A stretch of DNA of 64,000 bases, from IMG/VR virus record IMGVR_UViG_3300021962_000027, one strand, 5' to 3'. The notes under the pieces were generated by a model that was given only the letters and a program-made list of their open reading frames with translations, did not search any database and was not told the origin of the DNA. How positions within the stretch are numbered: the stretch's first letter is position 1; the number at the start of each line of letters is the position of its first letter. Positions 50,201 to 57,968 of the stretch are shown one piece after another. The stretch comes from a virus. Position numbers and translations under genes: made by a program.

Positions 50201-50314
50201 CTTGTGTATTAAATTAGTTTCAGCATCGTATTCAACATTAACGATGTATTTCTCATCGTCATGCCCACTAAGGAACTTTTCTATATCTTCGAGTGAAATC
50301 TTATACTCAGCCAT
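47210..50314 (-). CDS. Family B DNA polymerase with an inserted macrodomain-like region
   Basis: ExoI FDLETTG, ExoII GYNSANFD, ExoIII YLIDD; polymerase motifs DYNSLYP, KIFINSMFG and DTDG. Confidence 0.95.
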   Translation of the reverse strand: MAEYKISLEDIEKFLSGHDDEKYIVNVEYDAETNLIHKVKQDPERGNYIETEPLLAFMWIKNLNKVKELTNFYGNSDSKIKAARQRYGIDIKVLEHGDHPKLVDGYKYLVTCTQGDKRMKDFFREGGIYIYDKRNDINSHFLIIPPVEQYFIHTGKRLFKGFEEYDDIHKFIFDLETTGLDPEINRIFLIGIYTNKGVEEIIPIEDNDESERQGIIKFFEKINEIKPTIIAGYNSANFDWDFFFVRCQKLGVDIKDIAITLKPGELIQRKEKSILKLGNEVEEYTQTNMFGYSIIDIIHSARRAQAIDSSMKSVGLKYVCKYNKIAKKNRVYVVGDKIGNTWYSEDKFYFDDRTGSYCKTKPALEFMDYITRDHIQSNPDKIFVFGDNVEREGFGGQAKDMRGEPNVIGIVTKNSPDTTPESYFSDVDYDKNKKLIDADVNKIIQKIREGKTIVFPKMGIGTGLAQLDYKAPKTFSYLKNLLSALRQYINTFEEVDGKYIVERYLIDDLWETMEVDAVYNQSSFLLAKLVPTTYQRVSTMGTAGLWKLLMMAYSFENDLAIPVSDTKRDYTGGLSRLFKVGYSTTLRKMDYNSLYPAIQLAHDVFPSVDINGAMKSMLKYFHTERFNAKRLSDKYKKEGNYQLADKYKRKQLPLKIFINSMFGALGAPMAFQWAEIDVSERITCTARQYLRLMVKFFIKKGYTPLVLDTDGVNFMAPKNGESFFYIGKGLNDEVEAGKEYTGVKAVVAEFNDTYMRGEMGLGLDGIWPATINLSRKNYALLEDDGSVSLTGNSIKSKAMPVYIEEFLGKGMKMLLSGQGYEFVQYYHEYAEKIHNKEIPLAKIATKARVKKSIQGYKNRGVDKNGRELPKQAHMELAIINNLNVNLGDTIYYVNNGKVKSHGDSTTDKHGNMYASLVPNDIIENQPDFIGEYNVPKYLDAFNKKVEPLLVAFPLSHRNEILITKPEDKKMFLRSELDLVNDEPNDIGDQDTLYEFYTPSQMEKEFWVKMDYEPDYWFNDDIIFKLPGFDEEIPV
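48850..49225 (-). other. ~125-aa macrodomain-like insertion between ExoII and ExoIII
   Basis: FVFGDN....GFGGQA...R..PN..GI.TK and VFP..GIGTGLA.L motifs; boundaries approximate. Confidence 0.7.
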
Positions 50315-50331
50315 AATTTATTATTTTGGCA

Positions 50332-50339
50332 CAAATATA
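50332..50339 (-). promoter_or_regulatory. TATATTTG host-type -7 element for the DNA polymerase
   Basis: TAnnTTTG 18 nt before the ATG. Confidence 0.6.
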
Positions 50340-50474
50340 GTAATAAATGGTTCAATAAAGAAATTTTTTATAAAAAAAAAATAATTAACCAGTTTTTAGA
50401 TCAGTTAAAACTGTTTACAGTGTTGGGTTACAGCATATTTTTTACAGTTTTTACGTAAAATAGAGTATAGTTTA

Positions 50475-50876
50475 TTAAACAATGTCAGTTTTAATAAACG
50501 AATCCACAATATGAATATATAAATCTTCTTGTATTGGTGCGATTAACTCACCATAAACTTTAAAGGGGTCTGCTAAATCAAATAATGTTAATTTAAACTC
50601 ACCTAAAAACACACCTGGTTTATCGGTATCATCTTTAGTGAATTGGTAAACCACTATATAATGTTTGTCACCATTTTCATCACATGGGTTTTCAAGAACT
50701 ATCTTAGCTTCTTTATTGGCAACTTTATAGACACCAGTTTTTTCATCTTTCATTGCGAAAGTTGCAACACAGTTTTCAATTAATTCTTCGAAACGTCTGA
50801 AATCATTACGACCATCTCTAAAAACTTTCATTTTTAAAATAGGTAATGTTGAGTTTTGTCTTATACTGAATATCAT
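50475..50876 (-). CDS. BppU-like baseplate/virion protein
   Basis: IRQNSTLP.L...VYQF...DTDKPG.F.GEF pattern. Confidence 0.55.
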   Translation of the reverse strand: MIFSIRQNSTLPILKMKVFRDGRNDFRRFEELIENCVATFAMKDEKTGVYKVANKEAKIVLENPCDENGDKHYIVVYQFTKDDTDKPGVFLGEFKLTLFDLADPFKVYGELIAPIQEDLYIHIVDSFIKTDIV

Positions 50877-52384
50877 TAGAATAATTTATTAATAAATATC
50901 TTTCTACCACCGTTTATTGTCCTTAGGTTATAAATATTAGTCATATTACTAACTATTTTTTTAACCTCTACACTATACAAAGGTACACAATACATCTGAA
51001 AATCCTTTACACCACCTAAAAATGTTCCAGCGAAGAATTTCTCAAGTACGGTGTTTATTTTCTTAGTCTCATCTAAATATAACGCATCTAAAAGATTTTG
51101 CGTACCACCACCAAATGAGATATTAAAAGGGACACCTTCTTGGTATTTACTATCAACATCTAATTCATGCGGTGTTACCTCAACAAAATCATAGTTTCTC
51201 AAAACCATTTTACCGTTTAAGTAAATTGATAACGTACCTCGTCTGTACTTACCATATAATAGTTCACAAGAATCCTTGTAGGCGAAATCCCTTTCAAACA
51301 CACTACTTACATGTAAAAACTTTTTCTCATTAACATCTATTACTGGTTTTTTTGTGTAACCCTCTTCTATTGTAAAATATTTTGTAACTATTAAAGAAAT
51401 TGTGTGATTAGAACAAGCGTCATCTGGTTGTTGGATGAATGAGTTTGTTGTGATACCACTAACTTCTTGTGTTTGACCAGTGTAACATATATCCGTTGGA
51501 TATATGGTTCTGTAACCAATTCTACCATCGTTGGTTATTCTTAAACCAAACGCATTGTAATATAAATCGGAATACTCCTGGTGGTATTGTAAAACTTGAG
51601 ACTGTGGTGTATATTTTCTACCAGTATACATTAATCCGTTATAATAGTTAAAATAACCTATATATTTTGAACTACCATTTAGGGTAAGCATACCATTATA
51701 TGTGTATATATTTTGTAATTCTTTTGGTATTATGGAATAACTATCATTTAATTTTTTAACCTCAACAACTGTTTTATCAGCATATTTGTTTTCAGATCTA
51801 GTACCCATATAAAAAATAAAACCAGTATTACCTGTAAACATCTCGTTCAGTGTAATACCTGTAGTGGAACCTGTGGTGGAACCTGTGGTGGAACCTGTGG
51901 TGGAACCTGTAGTGTTCATTGGGAAGTGTAGTAACATGTTAACACTAAAACCCTTTCTACCTCTTGTTGGAAACCACTCAACAGGTTGTTTGTGTATTTT
52001 ATAAAACCCTTGATAAAAACCACCTTTCAATTGATTATAATATTGGCCATTATCCGATTTTAAGTGTTCTATCTCATAAGTGAATTGCCCTGTATAACCA
52101 GAAACTTCGTGAAAACAAAAAGTATCACCGCTTTCAACAACATATGTTACATCTGGATCAATTTTACCATTACCATTTGGTATGAAAAAATTATCATAAC
52201 CATTAAGTCCTATATAATCCAATTCAACATTTGTTGCTTGTGTTATACCTGGTCTAGAACATAGCCCTTGAGTAACATCAATTTTAATTAAATGACACTC
52301 ACTATAATCACGATAAAAATCTCTACAATCTTTTGTGACCGTTAAATCAAAATATTCACTATTATCTAGGGCTGTATAAAACAT
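50876..52384 (-). CDS. Virion structural protein with a LamG/ConA-like C-terminus and (TTGS)n insert
   Basis: LSIYLNG...ISFGGG...F.GG...FQMY..PL...EV; TTGS x4. Confidence 0.55.
   Translation of the reverse strand: MFYTALDNSEYFDLTVTKDCRDFYRDYSECHLIKIDVTQGLCSRPGITQATNVELDYIGLNGYDNFFIPNGNGKIDPDVTYVVESGDTFCFHEVSGYTGQFTYEIEHLKSDNGQYYNQLKGGFYQGFYKIHKQPVEWFPTRGRKGFSVNMLLHFPMNTTGSTTGSTTGSTTGSTTGITLNEMFTGNTGFIFYMGTRSENKYADKTVVEVKKLNDSYSIIPKELQNIYTYNGMLTLNGSSKYIGYFNYYNGLMYTGRKYTPQSQVLQYHQEYSDLYYNAFGLRITNDGRIGYRTIYPTDICYTGQTQEVSGITTNSFIQQPDDACSNHTISLIVTKYFTIEEGYTKKPVIDVNEKKFLHVSSVFERDFAYKDSCELLYGKYRRGTLSIYLNGKMVLRNYDFVEVTPHELDVDSKYQEGVPFNISFGGGTQNLLDALYLDETKKINTVLEKFFAGTFLGGVKDFQMYCVPLYSVEVKKIVSNMTNIYNLRTINGGRKIFINKLF
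51857..51913 (-). repeat. 12-bp tandem repeat encoding (TTGS)4TTG
   Basis: Read directly from the sequence. Confidence 0.95.
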
Positions 52385-53475
52385 TATATAATCTTAATTG
52401 GTTTTTGGAACGCTCTGTATTTAAGAGCTTTATTAATTTCTTCAGCCTCAGAAGACATTCTCTTAAGGATTTCTAATGGGTTTAATTTAATCATCCTGTC
52501 CTCTAATTCTTTTTTAAGTGTAACCATTTCATCTTTACCTTCCGATAAAAGTGATTGGTATTCTATTTCCATATTTGCGTCTGGAACTGGTATTTTACCA
52601 CCGAACGTACCTCTTACTCTACCTAAAGTTTCTTTACATAAAGCAATAAAGTATCTTCTAATCCAAATTTTAGCTGGGTCGTTTAGATCATCAAAATCAA
52701 CATTGTCCAAAGGGACATCCATTGGTGATTTGATAATATCTTTGTTTTTAGCCAAACAATCATCTTTAATTAAAGGGTTAATATCATAGTACCAATACCA
52801 ACATTTACCTTGATTAAGCATTGACCCCCTAAAATCAAATTTACCACCAGGTGTGTTCATTAAGTGAAGATATTTCTTACCGTCTGGGGCGTTTGTAATT
52901 TTATAAATTAACTCAGAACGAATCATTCTATTTTTAAGGTTTCTATCTGTTGTTCTCATTAAAATATCGAAAGCTGGTAGAATATAGTAACTACCTAACC
53001 CCATATATTCAGCACCAAACTGGTTATTCCACACACCTAAAAATGGGTCAATTACTGATTGATCTAAGGATGCTGGGGTAAACCATAATACCTCATTTAT
53101 TTCTCTATTTGCTGGTATCTCATACATTTGTTGACCTTTAACTAGTTCAACGTAATCTTTTTTGAGAACGTAACCACCTTCACCAGCACCTAAACCGACT
53201 ATTTTTGAATAGGAGTATGTGTATTGAGTTACCAAATCAAAAGTTCTATAAAGGAATGCTCTGGTTAAGTCCGCTTCAGTAACGTTTAAACCAATTAAAC
53301 TAGGCCATTGATGCTCAATTAACCAGTTATGTATAAACTCAACATAATCTTCAGTTGCGATTTCAAGCAATGAATCCATTTGCTCATTTTCTAACTGTAT
53401 TTTTCTAATCGGTGCCCCAAGCCTATGTTTAGCTTGTTTATAGATTTTTTCTTTTTCAACTGGATTTATTTTCAT
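52384..53475 (-). CDS. Neck protein, T4 gp13-like
   Basis: RLGAP..KIQL..EQ....LE.A N-terminus; A.CKETLG..RG.F.G..P..(D); ATG at 53475 preferred. Confidence 0.8.
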   Translation of the reverse strand: MKINPVEKEKIYKQAKHRLGAPIRKIQLENEQMDSLLEIATEDYVEFIHNWLIEHQWPSLIGLNVTEADLTRAFLYRTFDLVTQYTYSYSKIVGLGAGEGGYVLKKDYVELVKGQQMYEIPANREINEVLWFTPASLDQSVIDPFLGVWNNQFGAEYMGLGSYYILPAFDILMRTTDRNLKNRMIRSELIYKITNAPDGKKYLHLMNTPGGKFDFRGSMLNQGKCWYWYYDINPLIKDDCLAKNKDIIKSPMDVPLDNVDFDDLNDPAKIWIRRYFIALCKETLGRVRGTFGGKIPVPDANMEIEYQSLLSEGKDEMVTLKKELEDRMIKLNPLEILKRMSSEAEEINKALKYRAFQKPIKII

Positions 53476-53483
53476 TTCACTAA

Positions 53484-53498
53484 TATTTATTATAAATA
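53484..53498. promoter_or_regulatory. Palindromic pair of late motifs, TATTTAT-T-ATAAATA, between divergent genes
   Basis: Perfect inverted repeat in the 43-nt divergent gap. Confidence 0.6.
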
Positions 53499-53518
53499 CT
53501 TTCAAATAAACAAACAGT

Positions 53519-54694
53519 ATGATAAATGATAAAATTGAACATTCTTTAATCAGATTTAAAGAATTATTTGGCTATAGACTTAATGAATCAGAGGATATTA
53601 ATGAAGTTGATTGGGATAAAGAATTTAGCGATGTTAAAAAAAGCTGTTTATCACCAGAGTCAGTTGTTAGTATGTTAAACTCTCAATTAAACAGACTAGG
53701 TAAACCCTCAAAAGATAGGGGTAAGATAAGTGCTAATGAACCTATTATTAGTGGTGGAAATATACCTACTGATAATGAAGGTGAGATTGATATTGAACAT
53801 TTTATCAAACAAATAACCGCATTACCAAAACAAATATTTGATAGAAACCCTAAAATGGAAAAAAGTGATAAGGGTGGTTTACAATACACAGTTAATACTG
53901 GGATACCAGCATTAAGGAGTATACTTTATGATAAAGAACAAGGTGAGTTTTATACAATTAATACTTGTCCTGGAGCTGGTTCATGTGCGATTGATTGTTA
54001 CGCTAGAAAAGGCTTTTATATCATGAACGATGGTAAAAATATAAAATACACACAAAGACTTAATCTATTATTAAACGATCCAGAGACATATGAGAATATT
54101 ATAATGGATGAATTAGATCCTTTAGCTTATAGCCTTAAAAGACAATCAAAAAAAGAGGGTGTTGATATTAAACTAATATTAAGATGGAATGATGCTGGTG
54201 ATTTTTTTGCTAAAAAATATTACGATATAGCTATTAGTGTTACAAACCAATTACTTAAAGCTGGTTACAATGTTGATTCATACGCATATACAAAAATGGG
54301 TGATATAGCAAACATAGCTGACCCTAATTTTATTATGAATTTTTCTGATGACGCTAATAAAAGGGAGACTGAAAAGGTTAATACGGATACAGCTAAAATA
54401 TCTAAAATAGTCCCTAAGGAATTATTTAAGGATATCTTTAAAAAAGAAGGGCCTCACTACGTAAAAGACGAAAAAGGTAAGGCTCAATTTATTGATGATA
54501 GTACTAAAGAGATGTTAAAAAATCGTATAAGTGTTAAATATAATATACCTTATGATTCGATTGTTTATACCGATGAATTACCATCAACACAAGCAGAGCC
54601 ATTGGTCTATAATGTGGTTGTATTACCAACTGGAGACAGTGATGTTGGTGCTCAAAGAAAAGATGTTAAAGGTAGTTACCTACTTCAACATTAA
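53519..54694 (+). CDS. GP88-family protein
   Basis: TCPGAGSC...CYARKG.Y, RWNDAGDFF and YAYTK motifs. Confidence 0.7.
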   Translation: MINDKIEHSLIRFKELFGYRLNESEDINEVDWDKEFSDVKKSCLSPESVVSMLNSQLNRLGKPSKDRGKISANEPIISGGNIPTDNEGEIDIEHFIKQITALPKQIFDRNPKMEKSDKGGLQYTVNTGIPALRSILYDKEQGEFYTINTCPGAGSCAIDCYARKGFYIMNDGKNIKYTQRLNLLLNDPETYENIIMDELDPLAYSLKRQSKKEGVDIKLILRWNDAGDFFAKKYYDIAISVTNQLLKAGYNVDSYAYTKMGDIANIADPNFIMNFSDDANKRETEKVNTDTAKISKIVPKELFKDIFKKEGPHYVKDEKGKAQFIDDSTKEMLKNRISVKYNIPYDSIVYTDELPSTQAEPLVYNVVVLPTGDSDVGAQRKDVKGSYLLQH

Positions 54695-56505
54695 CGTCTA
54701 AGGTGCATAATAACTTCTTTACCAACAGAAATTTGTTCTTCTGATGGGTTATCACCCATGATAGTACTAATAATTTTCATTTTACTTTGTAGTGCTTTGT
54801 ACATGATCATGTCTAACGTATCAGCGAATAAAGGGTAAATAATATGAACTTGGTTTTGTTGGCCGATTCTATGCGCCCTATCTTCAGCCTGCATATGATT
54901 GGCGGGTGTCCAATCTAAATCATTAAATATTACCACACTACTTTCAGTCAGTGTCAAACCAACACCAGCGGCAACAATATTACCTAAGAAAACTTTAATC
55001 TTATCATCGTTTTGGAATGATTCAACGGCCTGTTGTCTTTTTTCTTTTGACACCGAACCATCAATTGTGACAGCTTTTTTACCAAAATGGGCTTGTAATT
55101 CTTTAATAGTATTGGTAAAACAACTAAAAATAATAACTTTCTGATCATTTTCCAACATTTCTTCAGCCATTTCAATTGTATGTACAATTTTATCATAGGA
55201 TAATAATTGTCTAACTTTGATAAGTTTTGTTAAATGGTCAGTAATTGTTGGTTTTTCACCAGCGGCTTCCATTTCCTCAATCCAAGCCTCGTATTCAGCT
55301 ATATAAGCGTTGTAACTGGTTGAGAACTCAAGTGGTAAATAAACTGGTTTGATTGTTTTTTGTGGCAGGTCAATTGAATCATTCTTTGTTCTTCTTAAAA
55401 TAACGTCAGATGAAAAATCTTTCAGCTCCTCTAAATTTGATGACCCAGAACAAACCCAATATTTTTGTTTGGTACCCTTACGATTAAACTGTCTACCAGC
55501 GCAATATCTTTTAACATAACCAACCCAGTTAGCCGCAACGGGTGAATCACACAAATACAAAAGATTATAGAAATCGATTGGTTTATTTGTGATCGGAGTA
55601 CCTGTCAATAACCATCTTACAGGTATTTTCATAGCAAAATCGTTAAAGATCTTGGTTCTATTTGAAGAAGCGTTTTTAAGATAGTGAGCCTCGTCAGCAA
55701 TAACTAGATCAAATTTATGGTAATCAATTGGCGATGTTGGTAAATCAGATACTTTAACACCACGTCTGGGTAAATGGTGAAAATTTTTAAGAATATCGTA
55801 ATTTACAATCGTCCATTTCTTTACAGTTAGATTACTACCGTCAACAATACTAATATTGTCAGGTGAATCGTAATTTGATATCTCTATCTTCCAATTTAAT
55901 TTAAGTGACGCTGGGCATACTACAAGTATTTTTTTGAACTGCCCTTCCATCGCAGCGATAATAGCTGAGGTTGTCTTACCTAAACCCATTTCGTCAGCTA
56001 ATATAAATTTATCATTCATTAATAAATTTTTAATAGCCGTTATTTGATGTGGTTTAGGATCTCTTTCATATTTAGATGGATCGATTATGGGTTCTGGCTT
56101 ACTAACTTTAACACATTCTTTTGATATGTAAAACGTGTAATACTCATCACACCCTTCTTCAAAACAACCAAAAACATGTAAAAAATTATCTTTTCTACTA
56201 AGTAATTTGTTTATAAATATTTTTTCTGGTATGAAATCTAGTTTTAATTGTTCAGCAATAAATGGTCTACATGATTTGCTAATCTTAAATAATTTATTAA
56301 CAACAACTGGGTCAACATGTCCATTTTTAATAATATAGTCACTTTGATTTTTTGTTGGTATGAAGCTTTTGCTTGTAAAATATGTTTTTTGTATCCCTAA
56401 AATGTAATCATTAGTCCCTTTATAAACCTTTAATATATCTAGAGCACGTTTTTCTATTGGTAACTGCATTATAATTCTTAATTCATCGAATTTATTATTA
56501 TTCAA
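54691..56505 (-). CDS. SNF2-family (SMARCAL1/HARP-like) helicase/translocase
   Basis: LADEMGLGKT, VCPASL..NW, DEAHYLKN, LTGTPITN, GVGLTLT and QAEDRAHRIGQ motifs. Confidence 0.93.
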   Translation of the reverse strand: MNNNKFDELRIIMQLPIEKRALDILKVYKGTNDYILGIQKTYFTSKSFIPTKNQSDYIIKNGHVDPVVVNKLFKISKSCRPFIAEQLKLDFIPEKIFINKLLSRKDNFLHVFGCFEEGCDEYYTFYISKECVKVSKPEPIIDPSKYERDPKPHQITAIKNLLMNDKFILADEMGLGKTTSAIIAAMEGQFKKILVVCPASLKLNWKIEISNYDSPDNISIVDGSNLTVKKWTIVNYDILKNFHHLPRRGVKVSDLPTSPIDYHKFDLVIADEAHYLKNASSNRTKIFNDFAMKIPVRWLLTGTPITNKPIDFYNLLYLCDSPVAANWVGYVKRYCAGRQFNRKGTKQKYWVCSGSSNLEELKDFSSDVILRRTKNDSIDLPQKTIKPVYLPLEFSTSYNAYIAEYEAWIEEMEAAGEKPTITDHLTKLIKVRQLLSYDKIVHTIEMAEEMLENDQKVIIFSCFTNTIKELQAHFGKKAVTIDGSVSKEKRQQAVESFQNDDKIKVFLGNIVAAGVGLTLTESSVVIFNDLDWTPANHMQAEDRAHRIGQQNQVHIIYPLFADTLDMIMYKALQSKMKIISTIMGDNPSEEQISVGKEVIMHLRR

Positions 56506-56570
56506 TAATAATAAATTTTTAGCACAAAGTCAATTCATAAATAAATTAAACTATTTATCTATAAAGAACA

Positions 56571-57092
56571 ATGGAAAGAAAAACTAGAATACCAAATACT
56601 AGGTTGAATAGGTTTTACGATGAAGAAGATTTTCAACTTGAACTTGATATGGCTACTGAGCTAATCGAGGGTGATATGAACTTTACCGTTGTTTTATTTA
56701 GAATTGATCGTGCTAACACGCAAGTAGATGATGTTTATTGGGAGAGTAATTCTGGTGATATTAGATTTAAAGCACCTGTTGAACTTAAAGTTATACTAAA
56801 CCTAGAAAACGGTGAGAACAAATCGTATTCACCAAATGGTAATTTAAGATATCAGGATTATGGTAATCTAGAATTTACAGTTTTACAAAAACAGTTAGAT
56901 GAGAAGACCGTTGAAATTAATTATGGCGATATTGTTGGTTACGCTGACAAACAAAATAATTTTAAATACTTCACAGTTTTTGATGATGATACAATAAACT
57001 CGGATAATCCTAGTACACAATTTGGTTATTCTGGATATTTCAGAAGAATTAAATGTACTAATGTTGATCCAAATATATTTAACGGCATATAA
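56571..57092 (+). CDS. Putative head-closure/neck protein (gp14-like)
   Basis: Position before the tail completion and sheath genes; D.VYWE...F.APVE; late motif at 56552-56558. Confidence 0.55.
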   Translation: MERKTRIPNTRLNRFYDEEDFQLELDMATELIEGDMNFTVVLFRIDRANTQVDDVYWESNSGDIRFKAPVELKVILNLENGENKSYSPNGNLRYQDYGNLEFTVLQKQLDEKTVEINYGDIVGYADKQNNFKYFTVFDDDTINSDNPSTQFGYSGYFRRIKCTNVDPNIFNGI

Positions 57093-57094
57093 TT

Positions 57095-57862
57095 ATGGCA
57101 TTACCAGGGTCTTTTAAGAAAAACATTAATATCACCAGAGAGCGAGCAAACATTGAGTACCCTTATTCTATGCAGAGCGGTGCGGCTGAAAATATGAAGG
57201 ATATGATTATCGATAAAGATACTTATCTCCCTAAAGGTGTTTTACATATTGATTTAGATAGAGGTTTTAAAGATTTTGTTAATAACAACTTAAAATTATC
57301 TCTTGATGGTGAAGAGGTTCCAGTTTTTATGATGGGTATACAAAAATGGAACGAATTCTCACAAACTTGGAAATTTTCTGATGAATATAAAAACGTTAAG
57401 ATACCATTTATTAATATCGTTAGAAACCCAGATACTAAATACGGTACAAACCCTTCGTTAATTTATAATATACCGATAGGTAAGCACTATACGTATGCTG
57501 AGGTACCAACTTGGGATGGAAATAGAAAGGGGGTTGATGTTTATCAAATACCACAACCAATACCTGTTGATATAATGTATTCTGTTAGGATATTTGCTTA
57601 TAGACAGCAAGAGCTTAATAAGTTTAACACATTAGTTCTTAAAAATTTTCAAAGTAGACAGGCTTATACAGTTGTAAATGGACATTATATCCCAATCGTT
57701 TTAGAAGATACGTCTGATGAAAGCCAAGTAACTGATTTAACGAATAAAAGGTTCTATGTGCAACTTTATACTTTTAATTTACAAGGGTTTATATTAGATC
57801 CAGATGATTTTATAGTAACACCAGCTGTTAGTAGAACGTTTACATTAACTGAAAACGGATAA
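57095..57862 (+). CDS. Putative tail terminator/completion protein (gp15-like)
   Basis: IPFINI.R...PQP.PVDI.YSV.I motifs; directly upstream of the sheath. Confidence 0.6.
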   Translation: MALPGSFKKNINITRERANIEYPYSMQSGAAENMKDMIIDKDTYLPKGVLHIDLDRGFKDFVNNNLKLSLDGEEVPVFMMGIQKWNEFSQTWKFSDEYKNVKIPFINIVRNPDTKYGTNPSLIYNIPIGKHYTYAEVPTWDGNRKGVDVYQIPQPIPVDIMYSVRIFAYRQQELNKFNTLVLKNFQSRQAYTVVNGHYIPIVLEDTSDESQVTDLTNKRFYVQLYTFNLQGFILDPDDFIVTPAVSRTFTLTENG

Positions 57863-57968
57863 AAATAATAAAACTTTTTTTAAAATGAATCGATCTTACG
57901 GTTTTTTGGTAAAAAATGTGATATTTATGAATAAGTAAAATTAAATAATAAATAAAAATTAACTAAAT

